From NCBI GenBank assembly GCA_965206595.1, contig OZ242214.1:352001-416000 (forward strand): 64,000 bases of DNA, in the 5' to 3' direction. Numbering within the stretch: the stretch's first letter is position 1; every line of letters starts with the position of its first letter. The position numbers and the translations under genes were made by a program. Below, piece by piece: positions 10,002-20,480 of the stretch. The DNA comes from Candidatus Latescibacterota bacterium. GTDB lineage: Bacteria; Latescibacterota; UBA2968; UBA8231. Below the pieces are notes generated by a model, which was not told the DNA's origin, ran no database searches, and saw nothing but the letters and a program-made list of their open reading frames with translations.

Positions 10002-11060
10002 CTACAGCCCCTCCTGGACTTCTTTCTTGCGGACCTTCCAGATGAAGGAGTCGTAGTAGTAGTGAAGCAGGGAAAACGAGGCGATCAGGGAATAGCTGAA
10101 CAGGTCGTAGTTGGTGTTGTAGCCGATGACCCCGAACCCGAAATCGCGCGCGTACCCCTCCGACAGGGCGTGGTAGACGAGGGCGTAGGCGGCGCACAAC
10201 AGCAGGAATGCCTTGAGATTCCCCGGCCTGCCGAGGTAGGCGAGCAGGGCGGACTCCCCTCCCATGCGCTCGAGCTTGTTCCTCAGGTAGAAGTAGACCA
10301 TGACGATGTACTGCATGCCGTGCATGACGCGGTGGGCGAAGGCGAACACGAGCAGGTAGGTCGTCGAGAAGCTGGCGTAGTACCACAGGAAGTAGCTGGA
10401 GAAGAGAAACAGGTACTTGAGGGGATTGAGGGTGTATCCCCGTCGCAGGCACCAGAGGACGTGCCCGGCGTAGACGACGAGGAAGAGGATCGTCGCCGTC
10501 CACGACACGGCGTGGATGGTCCGCACCGTTTCGGCGCTGACCGGGATGTGCATCTCGTGGACCATGCGCACCCAGATCACCGAGAACAGCGGCGATACCA
10601 CGAGCATGTTGACAAACAGGATCCAGTTGAAAAGCAGGTCGAACCTGGCGGTGACCGCCGCCCCCGCCCTGGCCTTGAAGTCGTAGATCCTCGCGAACCC
10701 GTACTGCTGCATCAGGCTGTGCTGGTGGTCCCAGAGGCTGACGATGAGGACCAGGGTCAGCGGGGCGTAGCGGATCGCGACGTACGCCATCAGAACCATG
10801 AGGAACGGCCCGATGACGAAGCGCTCCCGCCAGCGGTTGAAATCGGCCGGCGAGGCGTACACCCGCAGCCAGGTGGCGAAGTGGTGGGGGACGGTAACCC
10901 ACAGGGCGACCGCGGCCACCGACTCCCCGGGCAGGTGCTCCTGCATTGCGAACGCCGCGGCCAGGGCTGCGAACGGCAATGCCAGGAACCAGATGAAGTC
11001 GGTTCGGCGGTCGACGATGTAAGCGCTGTCGAAGCGGGCGGCGGGGCTGCTCATTTCCAT
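10002..11060 (-). CDS. Uncharacterised polytopic membrane protein with conserved His motifs
   Basis: 352 aa, about 9 hydrophobic segments, with HHFATW, HQHSLMQQYGF, HGMQY and HYYYDSFIW motifs. Confidence 0.8.
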   Translation of the reverse strand: MEMSSPAARFDSAYIVDRRTDFIWFLALPFAALAAAFAMQEHLPGESVAAVALWVTVPHHFATWLRVYASPADFNRWRERFVIGPFLMVLMAYVAIRYAPLTLVLIVSLWDHQHSLMQQYGFARIYDFKARAGAAVTARFDLLFNWILFVNMLVVSPLFSVIWVRMVHEMHIPVSAETVRTIHAVSWTATILFLVVYAGHVLWCLRRGYTLNPLKYLFLFSSYFLWYYASFSTTYLLVFAFAHRVMHGMQYIVMVYFYLRNKLERMGGESALLAYLGRPGNLKAFLLLCAAYALVYHALSEGYARDFGFGVIGYNTNYDLFSYSLIASFSLLHYYYDSFIWKVRKKEVQEGL

Positions 11061-11130
11061 TCCTTACACCCTCCTCCAGGACCTAAATTCCTAAATCGAG
11101 AGGTGCCCTGCAATTGAGAGGTGTCCTGTT

Positions 11131-12492
11131 ATGTCGCTCTCCCTTCCGTTCTTCGCCGCCCTGCTCGCTGCCGGATGCGGCCAGGCCGGCCCGCCGGATC
11201 CACCGCCGCCGGTCATCCTCGCCCGCGTCGACACCGTCGCGATCACCGGCGCCGACTTCGAGAAGGCCATGGCAAGGATCGACGTTTCCCGCGACGACAA
11301 CACCCTGGAGCAATGGCGCCGCCGCCTGCAGCTCCTCATCGACCGGCAGCTGCTGGTGATGGAGGCTCGCAAGCGGGGTTTCCACGACGATCCGCGCGTG
11401 CTTGGCGAGGTGGCCCAGTGGCGGCGCTCCCGGCTGTTGAAGGGCCTGGTCGACCGCGAGGCCGGCACCCGGCTCGCCGAAGAGGAGGAGGTCCGCGATT
11501 TCTTCCTCCTTTCCGGGGCCGGCCGCGAGGTGCAGGTCGGCCGCCTGGCGATCTCCGGGCGCGCCCGCGCCGAGGAGGCTCTCGACCTCGCCCGCAAGGG
11601 GGGCGTCGGCTTCGAGGAGCTGCAGGCCAGGTATGGAAACCCCGGCCCGGAAGATGGCGGCGGGCACCTGCGCTGGCTGAGCCCCCTGTCCGTGAGCGAG
11701 CCCCTTCTGCGGTCACTGCTTCTTTCGGGGCCGGGATCCGCCGAGCTCATCCGCGGAGAGAAGGGATACACCCTGATGGTGGCGGTTGCCGAGCGCACGG
11801 CGACGTTCGAGGAACGCCGCGAGCAGACGGAGCGGGCCCTGGCCCATCGCCTTCGCGTCGAAGCCTGCCGCGGCCTCGTCTCCCGGCTCGCCGACAAGTA
11901 CGGCGCCTCGATGGACGGACCGGTCGCAGCGGCCCTGGGCAGGGGCTCGAATCCCGGCCCGCAGGAAGTCCTGGTGCGCAGCTCTCTCCCCGACTGGACC
12001 TTGGGGAAGTACGCCAAGGTCTCCGCATCCCTGGCGCCGCGGGACCGCGGCCTGCTGGGCCGGGACAGCTCCCGGAAACAGCGCGTCCTGTTCGCCTTTG
12101 CGATCGATCTGCTGGTAGAGCCGGAAGCCGCGGAGGCCGGGCTCGAACCGGTTTCGGCCGCGCAGGAGCGGATGGAGCTCGACCGCCGGGCGATCGAGGC
12201 GCTGTGGGCGGAGGAGGCCCTCGATCGCATTGCGGTTACGGATGCGGAGATACGGGAGTATTTCGCCAGGCACCGCGACCGTTACCCGCCGGACTTCGCT
12301 CCCTCCGGGGGTGCGGCGGCGATCTGGGACCGGGTCGCCCGCGAGCTCAGGGAAGAGCGGGCGCAGCCGCTGTTCTCCGTCTACGTCGCCGGCTTGCGCA
12401 GCCGTTACGAATCCCTCGTGGAGGTGTACGAGGAACCCTTCTTCTCACTGGTGTCCGGCCTCAGGAGAGAAAGGGCGCCCGTTCCGTTCTGA
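11131..12492 (+). CDS. SurA/PrsA-like peptidyl-prolyl isomerase lipoprotein
   Basis: Lipobox LAAGC; ILARVD..ITGADF and LIDRQLLVMEARKRG (SurA-N-like); parvulin-like FEEL...GGHLRW. Confidence 0.7.
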   Translation: MSLSLPFFAALLAAGCGQAGPPDPPPPVILARVDTVAITGADFEKAMARIDVSRDDNTLEQWRRRLQLLIDRQLLVMEARKRGFHDDPRVLGEVAQWRRSRLLKGLVDREAGTRLAEEEEVRDFFLLSGAGREVQVGRLAISGRARAEEALDLARKGGVGFEELQARYGNPGPEDGGGHLRWLSPLSVSEPLLRSLLLSGPGSAELIRGEKGYTLMVAVAERTATFEERREQTERALAHRLRVEACRGLVSRLADKYGASMDGPVAAALGRGSNPGPQEVLVRSSLPDWTLGKYAKVSASLAPRDRGLLGRDSSRKQRVLFAFAIDLLVEPEAAEAGLEPVSAAQERMELDRRAIEALWAEEALDRIAVTDAEIREYFARHRDRYPPDFAPSGGAAAIWDRVARELREERAQPLFSVYVAGLRSRYESLVEVYEEPFFSLVSGLRRERAPVPF

Positions 12493-12646
12493 CGGAGCTT
12501 GACTGGGTTGACGGCCTGAAAGAGGGGACCGCTGCCGATTGCTGCGGATAGCCGCCCCTTCAGCACTTTCAGGGAAACCACTGCACCCTTACCGGGCAAC
12601 GGCGGTTCCCCTTATCTTCGCCTTTTTCCCGATGACTCCGATTTTC

Positions 12647-14209
12647 ATGAATGCAATCGCTGCCCTGACCGTCGCTCTCGCACTGCTTTCCGGATGCCAA
12701 CGCCAGGCCGAGCTCGACGGCGTCGAGAAAGGTTCCGGTTCCGGGGAAAGGCCTGCTGCCCCTGCCGGCGACGCCGTCGCCCTGCGCAGCAGCCTGATGT
12801 CGGCACCGCTCTCGGTACCGCGGATCTACGTAGGCGAGGGAGCTGCCGAGCCGGACCTGCCGCCGGGAGGAGTCCTGCGGCTCCGGGCCCTGGCCAGAGC
12901 GGACTCGAGCGACCAGGCCTCCCGCTACTGGCTGGCCGAGGCCCTGCGCCGCGACCGCGACTACCGCGGCGCCGAGGAGCATTTCAGGCAGGCGATCCGC
13001 CTCGGTCCGGGGCAAACCGATTCCTACGTCGGCCTGGCGCGGGTGCTCAAGGCGGTGGGGCGGTACGCGGAGGCCGCGGCCGTACTGGACGATGCCGCGG
13101 GAGCAGCATCCCCAACGGCGGGGCTGCATTTCCTCCGCGGCCTGCTCGCCGCCCGCCGGGAGCGCTGGGAGCAGGCCGCCGCGGCCTTCCGCCGGGCCGC
13201 GGAGATCGACCCGTCCAGCGACCGGGTGCACTTCGAGCTCGCCGGGATCCACCTGCGCCGGGGCGCGGATTCCCTGGCGGTGGCAGCCTTGCGGCGGGGG
13301 CTCGACCATATCCCCGACAGCATGGGGCTAAGGCTGCGCCTCGTCGAGCTGCTGAGCGAGGCCGGCGACTACGAGGGGGCTCTCGAGCAGGTGGCCCTGG
13401 TCGCCGAGGCGAATCCCGCCCTCACCCCGGCGCACGTCGCCAGGGCCAGGTTGCACCGCCGGCGCGGCGACCTGGCCTCGGCCCGTGCGGCGGTAGACGC
13501 CGGCATGGAGATCGACTCCCTGAAGATCGATCTCGCCGCGGAGCGGGGCATTCTTCTCGTCGAAGAGGGGCGCGAGGCCGAGGCGGTTCCCTACCTGGAA
13601 AAGGCGGTCTCCGGCGACCCCGACCTGCTCGAAGCCTGTTCAGCCCTGGGGGAGGCGTACGAACGCACCGGGGCGGAGGACAAGGCCCGGCTGATGGCGG
13701 AATACGTCGAGCACCTGCGCGATCACCAGGAGGAGATCCGCCGGCTCAAAACCGCCATAGCCCTCGATCAGACAGACGGGGCCGCCTTCCTGGCGCTCGG
13801 CAATCTCTACTCCCACCTGGTGCGGCCGCTGGCGGCGGCGCAGGCGCTCGAGGTCGGTCTGCAGATCCTTCCCGACGACGTCGAGGCGCTGGAAAACCTC
13901 GCCCTCGTGTCCATCGGCATGCGGCGGCTCCCGCGCGCCATCGAGACGTACGAGCGCCTCCTGGCCCTCGACTCGACGCTGGTTTCCGCCCACGCCAACC
14001 TCGGCAGCGCCCTCGCCATCTCCGGGGAGCCGGAGCGTGCAGCCGCCTCGTTCGAGCGCGCCCTGGTCCTCGAACCCGGGTTCGCCCCGGCACACATGGG
14101 CTTGGCCCGGGTGTACGGGCAGCTGGGGCGGGCCGAAGAAGCCGCCGCGGCCATGGCGGAGTTCAAACGGCTGCGTCCATCGCAGGCGGCCTCCTCGGGC
14201 GACCACTGA
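12647..14209 (+). CDS. TPR-repeat lipoprotein
   Basis: Start MNAIAALTVALALLSGC (lipobox), followed by many TPRs (AHANLGSALAISG, AHMGLARVYGQLG). Confidence 0.82.
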   Translation: MNAIAALTVALALLSGCQRQAELDGVEKGSGSGERPAAPAGDAVALRSSLMSAPLSVPRIYVGEGAAEPDLPPGGVLRLRALARADSSDQASRYWLAEALRRDRDYRGAEEHFRQAIRLGPGQTDSYVGLARVLKAVGRYAEAAAVLDDAAGAASPTAGLHFLRGLLAARRERWEQAAAAFRRAAEIDPSSDRVHFELAGIHLRRGADSLAVAALRRGLDHIPDSMGLRLRLVELLSEAGDYEGALEQVALVAEANPALTPAHVARARLHRRRGDLASARAAVDAGMEIDSLKIDLAAERGILLVEEGREAEAVPYLEKAVSGDPDLLEACSALGEAYERTGAEDKARLMAEYVEHLRDHQEEIRRLKTAIALDQTDGAAFLALGNLYSHLVRPLAAAQALEVGLQILPDDVEALENLALVSIGMRRLPRAIETYERLLALDSTLVSAHANLGSALAISGEPERAAASFERALVLEPGFAPAHMGLARVYGQLGRAEEAAAAMAEFKRLRPSQAASSGDH

Positions 14210-14358
14210 GCATCAACCCGCAAAAAAGGATTTCTCCGGGAGCCCCCGCTCGTAGAGCCAACCAATCGGCCTTCGACGGGAATTTCTCCCGAGTGCCTGG
14301 GCGTGCAGGCAAGCGGCCGGATTCAACGCGGAATTGCGCGCAGGCACCAGCGTCCCCC

Positions 14359-16287
14359 TTACATCTGGGTGATCAGGGTGCCCCGCTCCCCCGATATCCA
14401 GAAGACGATCCACCAGAACCCGGCGGCGCTCGCCTCGCCGACGATCATGCCGAGGAAGAAGTTTTTGAGGTCCTGAAAGGTCCGGCCCCCCCAGACCTTG
14501 AGAACGACCGCCTTCAGCAGCCAGGCGACGAAGGCGGAGAACCACAGCATTCCTGTCAGGAAGCCGGTGCCGATGGCGAAGCCGATCGGATGCAGCGGCC
14601 ACCAGAACCATCGATGCTGCGCCCACACGAGGAAGAACTGCGACACGCCGCCGACCGCGGTGAAGAACCAGCCGCGCATGTACGCGCCCGGCATCTCGTT
14701 CATGACCGGGGGCAGCAGCTGCCAGCCGTGGACGCCGACCCAGTTGATGTTGAAGAGGTTCAGGGCCCCGTGCTCGTGCGTCATCGTCATGATCATCCAG
14801 GTGCCGGAGAGAAACGTCGCCGCCAGGGAGATCATCAGCCCCCAGAACAGCCGGCCCTTGGGTCCGCGGATGCGCTCGGCCAGCCTCAGGGCGTTGGAAC
14901 AGGCGATCATCGGGGACTGGCGCATCTCTCCCTGCCAGACCATGGTGAAGTTGAGCGCCACGATTCCCCTGGCGCCGAGAATGCCGGTGCCGAACCCGGA
15001 GATGACGAAGAACTCCGGCACCAGGGGACCCCGCGCCGAGGCGACCCCGGCGCCGGTCACGACCCGCGTGATGAAGACGTACCAGCACAGTCCGACGAAC
15101 AGGACGATCGGGATGATCACGGCCGGAACCCCGGTGCGCCAGAGCCACAGGGCGAAGAAGACCATCCCCGCGGCGAAGCCGGCGACCGCGGTGCGGTAGC
15201 TCATCAGCTCATCCGCATCGGCCGGGTCGCGGGCCCCGGACCAGGCCTTGAGCGCCGCCTCCTTGAGGTGGCCGCGCGCACTCCAGACGACGAGGAGCAC
15301 GAAGACGATCGCCGCCCCGGTCGCCTGGTGGGTGATGTCGGTCTCGTGCCCTCCCCCCTCGTAGGCGCTCAGCACCTCGCTGCCGGCGATCCCGAGGGTG
15401 GTGAAGACCGCCTTCTCGATTTTGAAGAGGACGAAGAAGAACCAGATGCTGAAGGTGATGTCGAGGTTGACGAGGAAGAAGAAACCGACCCAGGCGAAGC
15501 TGAAGACGATCGGCAGGTTCACGGTGGGGCCGGCCAGCGGTATGTGCCCGTGGTGAAAGGGGAAGGCCGGAATCACCGGATGGAAATGGTGCAGCCCGGC
15601 GAGGCTGAACAGGCAGAAGGGGATGGAGAACCCGATCCACATCGTCCGATCCCTGAAGAAGGGGGCGATCAGCCCGCGGCCGTCCTCCTCGATCATCCGC
15701 TCGGGCAGCTGCATCATCGGGTAGGTCAGGCGCTCGTGGGACGACCACTGGCGATGGAAGATCGCGCTCAGGCAGATCAGCATGAAGCCGATGACGAGAA
15801 AGAAGAGGAACCAGTTCGCAAGCGGCTCGAGCCAGGCGTCCCACTGCAGCGGCATCCCCTCCGGGAGCCCCTCGTAGTAATGCTTGATCGCCGTCAGGTC
15901 GTTGGGGGCGATCCACTCCGGGATCCAGTCGAGGTACATCTCGCCGAAGCGGTTTTCCGGGGTGGCGTGGTAGAAGGGCCATACCATGGTGCCGAACAGG
16001 AAGAAGAGGAATCCCCAGGTCGGCACGGTCAGCGACATCAGCATCATCGCGTACACGAGGACGAGATCCGCCCTCGAAAGGGCGAGGGGCCGCGCCGCCA
16101 GGCGCAGAATGCTGTTGACGAACAGGGTGACGAGGAGGAACAGGAAGATGGCCGCGGGAGAAGAGGGGTTGAACCCGATCTCCGCGTAGGCGTGCATCAT
16201 GCCGTAGGTGCCGACGAGGCCGATGAAGACCGACAGTGATGTGCCGACCAGCAGGCCCTTGAGGCTGAACGGCGACCCGGTTTGCAT
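14359..16287 (-). CDS. DUF6785/DUF6784-like polytopic membrane protein (putative transporter)
   Basis: 642 aa, highly hydrophobic; RQW..HERLTYP, WWPLHPIGF and FFLGMIVGE motifs. Confidence 0.75.
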   Translation of the reverse strand: MQTGSPFSLKGLLVGTSLSVFIGLVGTYGMMHAYAEIGFNPSSPAAIFLFLLVTLFVNSILRLAARPLALSRADLVLVYAMMLMSLTVPTWGFLFFLFGTMVWPFYHATPENRFGEMYLDWIPEWIAPNDLTAIKHYYEGLPEGMPLQWDAWLEPLANWFLFFLVIGFMLICLSAIFHRQWSSHERLTYPMMQLPERMIEEDGRGLIAPFFRDRTMWIGFSIPFCLFSLAGLHHFHPVIPAFPFHHGHIPLAGPTVNLPIVFSFAWVGFFFLVNLDITFSIWFFFVLFKIEKAVFTTLGIAGSEVLSAYEGGGHETDITHQATGAAIVFVLLVVWSARGHLKEAALKAWSGARDPADADELMSYRTAVAGFAAGMVFFALWLWRTGVPAVIIPIVLFVGLCWYVFITRVVTGAGVASARGPLVPEFFVISGFGTGILGARGIVALNFTMVWQGEMRQSPMIACSNALRLAERIRGPKGRLFWGLMISLAATFLSGTWMIMTMTHEHGALNLFNINWVGVHGWQLLPPVMNEMPGAYMRGWFFTAVGGVSQFFLVWAQHRWFWWPLHPIGFAIGTGFLTGMLWFSAFVAWLLKAVVLKVWGGRTFQDLKNFFLGMIVGEASAAGFWWIVFWISGERGTLITQM

Positions 16288-16309
16288 CGCGAGAGGGTTC
16301 CTCTATAAT
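16282..16309 (+). promoter_or_regulatory. Candidate sigma70 promoter for the flavodoxin-uxuA-phyH operon
   Basis: TTGCAT-16 nt-TATAAT, about 70 nt upstream of 16381. Confidence 0.4.
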
Positions 16310-16380
16310 TGCGCCGCGTTCACTGATGGGCCCCGAAGCGGGCTCTTCGGCGTCCGGCGAAGAGGGGATGGAATGTAGCC

Positions 16381-16893
16381 ATGGTCGAGGTGCTGATCAT
16401 CTACCACACGTACGGAGACGGCCCCGTCGGGCGCCTCGCCGAGGGGATTCGGGCCGGCGCCGCCGAGGTCGAGGGCGCCGCGGTTACGGTCAAGCCGGTC
16501 TCCGAGGTGAGCGACGAAGACCTCGTCAGGGCGGGCGGCATCGCCATCGGCTCGCCGAAGATGCCGGGGCACACGGTCTCTCCCGAGATTGGCGCACTGA
16601 TCGGCAGAATGTCCGAAATCCGCGAGCAGCTCCATTACAAGGTCGGCGCCGCCTTTTCCGGATCCCACGGCTCCTTCGGGGGCCAGGAGCCCGTCATCGA
16701 GGTGATCCTGCGCTCACTCCTGCTCTACAACATGGCGGTGATCGGACAGGGCACCCCGGAAGCCGGCGGTTCCGACTTCGTCGGCGGCGTCATCGTCGAA
16801 CAGCTGGACGAGGATACCGCGGCCTGGGCTGCCCGGCTCGGCCGCCGTCTGGCGGAGATGTCCGTGCTCGCAGCCAGGGGCCGATCCGCCTGA
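16381..16893 (+). CDS. Flavodoxin/WrbA-like protein
   Basis: IIYHTYGDG, IAIGSP and KVGAAFSGSHGSFGGQE motifs. Confidence 0.8.
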   Translation: MVEVLIIYHTYGDGPVGRLAEGIRAGAAEVEGAAVTVKPVSEVSDEDLVRAGGIAIGSPKMPGHTVSPEIGALIGRMSEIREQLHYKVGAAFSGSHGSFGGQEPVIEVILRSLLLYNMAVIGQGTPEAGGSDFVGGVIVEQLDEDTAAWAARLGRRLAEMSVLAARGRSA

Positions 16894-16918
16894 TGCGGAG
16901 AAACTGAGGAGGAACTCC

Positions 16919-17977
16919 ATGCCTGTCTGTCTCGGGGCGTACGCCCGGTTCGAGCCTGTGATGAAAGACAAGACCCTCCTGCGGTCGCTCGCCCAGTTCG
17001 GCGTCGACAAGGTCATCGTCGGCTGCATCGACCCCAGTCTCAATCCCGGCGGCAAGACCGGGGGAAGCAAGCCGGGCCTGCGCTGGGACTACCTGAGGCT
17101 GGTGAACCTCGTCAACGAGATCCGCGACCTCGGCATGGAGCTGGGCACCCTCGAGCTGGCCGGCCAGGCCGAAGCATCGGCCATGGAGCACATCTGGCTC
17201 GGCGGGGAGCTGCGCGACCGGCAGATCGACAATCTCGCCCACAACATCCGGCTGGCGGGAAAGGCGGGGGTCACCCTGATGGCCTACCACTGGATGGTCA
17301 ACCCCCCGACGATGGTCAGCGCCTCCTGGCGCCATTCGTACGAAGTCCGGGGCCGCGGGGGCGCGCTGCTGTCCCGGATCGACATGGACAGGCTGGAGCC
17401 GCTGCCCCTGTTCCGGGGCCGCGAGTACAGCCGCGAGGAGATGTGGGACAACTACGAGTACTTCGCCCGCAGGATCGTGCCGGTATGCGAAGAGGCGGGG
17501 GTGAGGATGGCCGTGCACCCGGACGACCCGCCGGTGGCGAGCATGGGAGGGGTGCCGAGGCTGTTCCACGACCTCGAGGGACACCTGCGCGCACTGGAGA
17601 TCGGCGGCAGCGAGATGTGGGGGGTCAACATGTGCCTGGGAAACTGGCAGGCTATGGGGATCGACCTCGATCACGCGATCCGCTCCCTGGGGGGAGAGAG
17701 GATCTTCATGGGCCACGTGCAGGCCGTCAACGGCACCGTCCCGAGTTTCGGGGAGACCTTCCTCGACCTCGGCGACTGCGATCTCCTCGCCGTCATCCGC
17801 TCCCTCAACAGGGCCGGCTCCGGCGCCCACCTCGCTCCGGCGCACTGGCCCCGGGTCGACGGGGACGGAGAGTTCCGTCAGACCAACGCCTTCGACCTGG
17901 GGTACATGCGCGCGCTGATAAAGACCGCGGCAAGAGAGCCGCAGGCCCCGGAACCGGACCCGCCGGCATCCGGTTGA
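16919..17977 (+). CDS. uxuA: Mannonate dehydratase family protein
   Basis: EEMWDNYEYF, VPVCEEAGVRMAVHPDDPP and FDLGYMRAL motifs. Divergent, so the substrate is uncertain. Confidence 0.75.
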   Translation: MPVCLGAYARFEPVMKDKTLLRSLAQFGVDKVIVGCIDPSLNPGGKTGGSKPGLRWDYLRLVNLVNEIRDLGMELGTLELAGQAEASAMEHIWLGGELRDRQIDNLAHNIRLAGKAGVTLMAYHWMVNPPTMVSASWRHSYEVRGRGGALLSRIDMDRLEPLPLFRGREYSREEMWDNYEYFARRIVPVCEEAGVRMAVHPDDPPVASMGGVPRLFHDLEGHLRALEIGGSEMWGVNMCLGNWQAMGIDLDHAIRSLGGERIFMGHVQAVNGTVPSFGETFLDLGDCDLLAVIRSLNRAGSGAHLAPAHWPRVDGDGEFRQTNAFDLGYMRALIKTAAREPQAPEPDPPASG

Positions 17978-18047
17978 CGACCCGTACGGGTGACCTGGGC
18001 CGGGAATCGACGAGCACCCGTTCAGTTGCAAAAGGGGGATAACCGGA

Positions 18048-19004
18048 ATGGACTTCCGCCGCCTGACCGACAGCGAACGCGAGCAGTGGGACCGCGACGG
18101 CTATTTCCTCATCGAGGGTGCGCTGACCGAGGCGGAGATGGCCGCCATCGACGCCGAGATCGACCGCTGCGACGAGCTCTCCCAGCGGCACGGGCGCGAG
18201 GCCGGCACCTACCTCGACCTGATGAACATCGTCGACCGCACCATCGACAGGTCGAACGGAAACACCCCGCTTCCCACCCGGCCCAACCAGGTCTTCATCG
18301 ACCTGCTCGACCACCGCAGTCACATCGGGCGGGTCTGCGGCCTGATGGGAGCCGCGGTGCACGCCCTCGCCACGCAGGTCATGATCCGCCCTCCCGACCC
18401 AAAGCCGAAGAGCCGCTGGCACCGCGATACCATGGCGCCCTACGGATTCCCGCCCGCCGCCGGCCTGCTGCCGCTGCAGCAGTTCCGGATCGGCTGGTTT
18501 CTCACCGACATGCCCGAGCCGGACATGGGCAACTTCTGCGTCATTCCGGGAAGCCATCGCCTGGGGTTTCCGAAAATCCCCGCGGGCCTGGACCACGCCC
18601 TCAGGCTGACCTCCTTCGCCTCGTACCAGGAACTCGACGATATCTGCGAAGGCTGCCCCGGTGCCGTGCAGATCACCCTGAAAAGGGGAGACGCCGTCGT
18701 CTTCCACAACGCCCTCTTCCACGCCGTCTCCCGCAACACCTCGGACGTGTACCGCCGCAATCTCTACTACGTGTACGGCCCCTGGTGGGCGCGGCTCAGC
18801 GACCGCAACGGGGTGTCCCACGAGGCCGCGGAGATGTGCAGCCCGGTGCAGAAGCAACTCATCGGAGCCACCCTCGAGCCGAGCGCCGACTCGCAGGCTG
18901 ACCCAGACGAACGCATGCCCCTCATTGAGCTGTTCGAAGGCCGCACCTTCAAGGAGACCTTCGACCGCGAGGTGGAGCAGTACATCCTCGAGTCGCAGGG
19001 GTGA
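18048..19004 (+). CDS. Phytanoyl-CoA dioxygenase (PhyH) family protein
   Basis: WHRD, VIPGSH and GDAVVFHNALFH motifs. Confidence 0.88.
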   Translation: MDFRRLTDSEREQWDRDGYFLIEGALTEAEMAAIDAEIDRCDELSQRHGREAGTYLDLMNIVDRTIDRSNGNTPLPTRPNQVFIDLLDHRSHIGRVCGLMGAAVHALATQVMIRPPDPKPKSRWHRDTMAPYGFPPAAGLLPLQQFRIGWFLTDMPEPDMGNFCVIPGSHRLGFPKIPAGLDHALRLTSFASYQELDDICEGCPGAVQITLKRGDAVVFHNALFHAVSRNTSDVYRRNLYYVYGPWWARLSDRNGVSHEAAEMCSPVQKQLIGATLEPSADSQADPDERMPLIELFEGRTFKETFDREVEQYILESQG

Positions 19005-19010
19005 GACAGA

Positions 19011-19044
19011 AGCCCGGGTCGGCTGCCTGATTCCCGGGTCTTTT
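19011..19044 (+). terminator. Candidate intrinsic terminator
   Basis: GCCCGGG...CCCGGGT stem followed by CTTTT, just after the PhyH stop and between convergent genes. Confidence 0.4.
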
Positions 19045-19130
19045 ATCTGGTCAGGCGCGGCAGCCGACCCCTCTTGCGCAATCTGGAAGTCGCGGGGCCG
19101 TGACGCGGCGAAGCGGGCGGGAGCCGCTGC

Positions 19131-19994
19131 CTACAGCCCCACTCCGAACTCCGCCTTGAAAGCGGCCCAGACCTCGGGCGGGATCTCCGCGGTCGCCGCC
19201 TCCATCGCGTCGTCGACCTGCCGACGGTCCTTCGGCCCGGCCAGGACGATCCCCTCGATGTCGGCGGCGAGGCAGAACTGCATCGAGAGGTGGCGGATGT
19301 TGACGCTCCGCTCCCGGCACCACTGCCACATGCGGTGGGCGAGCGGCTCGGCATTGCGGTCGGGCTCGACCCCGGTGAGACGGCCGAGGCCGAGGGCGCT
19401 CGCAAGGATCACCCCGACTCCGCGTTGGCGGGCAAGCGGCAAGGTCGTCGCCGCGGCCGACTGGTTCATGAGGTTGTAGTCGAGAAAGGTGAGCACGATC
19501 TCCACCCTGCCGGTCTCGATGGCGCGGCGATGAAAGGGCTGCGGGCGGCAGCCGAGGCCGACGTGTCCGATGACCCCCTCCTCCTTCATGCGCCAGAGCT
19601 CGTCGAGAGCGCCCCCGGGGGCCAGCGCCGGCTCGATGTCGGCCGGATCGTGGATCAGGACGGCGTCGAGGTAACCGGTCCCGAGCTGCCGCAGGCTGTT
19701 CTCGACCGACCAGCGCGTGCCGGCGGCCGAGTAATCCCCGCGCCTGTCGCGGTGGGTGCCGGTCTTCGTCTGCAGGTAGACGCGCTCGCGCCACCCCCCT
19801 GCGAGCGCCAGGCCGAGCAGGCGCTCGCTGTCGCCGTACCCGGCCGAGGTGTCCATGTAGTCGACGCCGAGCTCGATGGCCCCGCGCACCGCCTCGACGG
19901 CGTCGGCCTCGGTTTGGAGGTGGGCCCAGCCGAAACCGAGGGCCTTCGGCGTCATGCCGGTCCTCCCCAGGACGCGGGTTCCTATTTCAGGCAT
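19131..19994 (-). CDS. Aldo/keto reductase
   Basis: LGRTG, DTSAGYG.SE, LQTKTG and SVENSLRQLGTGYLD motifs. Confidence 0.9.
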   Translation of the reverse strand: MPEIGTRVLGRTGMTPKALGFGWAHLQTEADAVEAVRGAIELGVDYMDTSAGYGDSERLLGLALAGGWRERVYLQTKTGTHRDRRGDYSAAGTRWSVENSLRQLGTGYLDAVLIHDPADIEPALAPGGALDELWRMKEEGVIGHVGLGCRPQPFHRRAIETGRVEIVLTFLDYNLMNQSAAATTLPLARQRGVGVILASALGLGRLTGVEPDRNAEPLAHRMWQWCRERSVNIRHLSMQFCLAADIEGIVLAGPKDRRQVDDAMEAATAEIPPEVWAAFKAEFGVGL

Positions 19995-20301
19995 CTGGAT
20001 TCTTTCTGCAGCCGATCCGTCTGCTTTCCCCGGAAGGTTCCGGGATTACAGGTAACAAAGGCCGGCGACGGATCGGTGCTTTGTTGAGGTGCTTTTCAGC
20101 AGTTTTCGAGTGGGGAAATATAAGGGCGGGGAGGAAAGCGGAGGCCCCCCGGAGTTCCCCGGAACGACGGGCGGCGGAGCGAAGTGGATGGCCGGCGGCC
20201 GGAGGTGGTCAGCAGAGGGCCGAAGCGGTGTTGCAGTTGAGGGGGGAGTTCTTTCCGGCTACCGGTAGGAACGGCAGCCCGAGGCATGAACGGGGCGCAG
20301 G

Positions 20302-20430
20302 CTACTCCATCTCCAGGTCGGCCTTGATTCGACCCCAGGAAATCGACTCGGCCGCGGAGCCTGCTTCCGGGTCGAAGAGTTGGCAGGCAGTAACAGCCCA
20401 TCGAGGAGGTGTCCGCTCGAAGGTCTGATA
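20302..20430 (-). pseudogene. Degraded 3' remnant of the SWGRIKA secreted-protein family
   Basis: Frameshifted pieces RADT / LDGLLLP / GSAAESISWGRIKADLEME* match the C-termini of 21509-22486 and 23447-24421. Confidence 0.75.
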
Positions 20431-20480
20431 TGCCGGCGCGAGATCGAGAACAGCCGCCAGGCCGGGAGACTACCAGTCCG

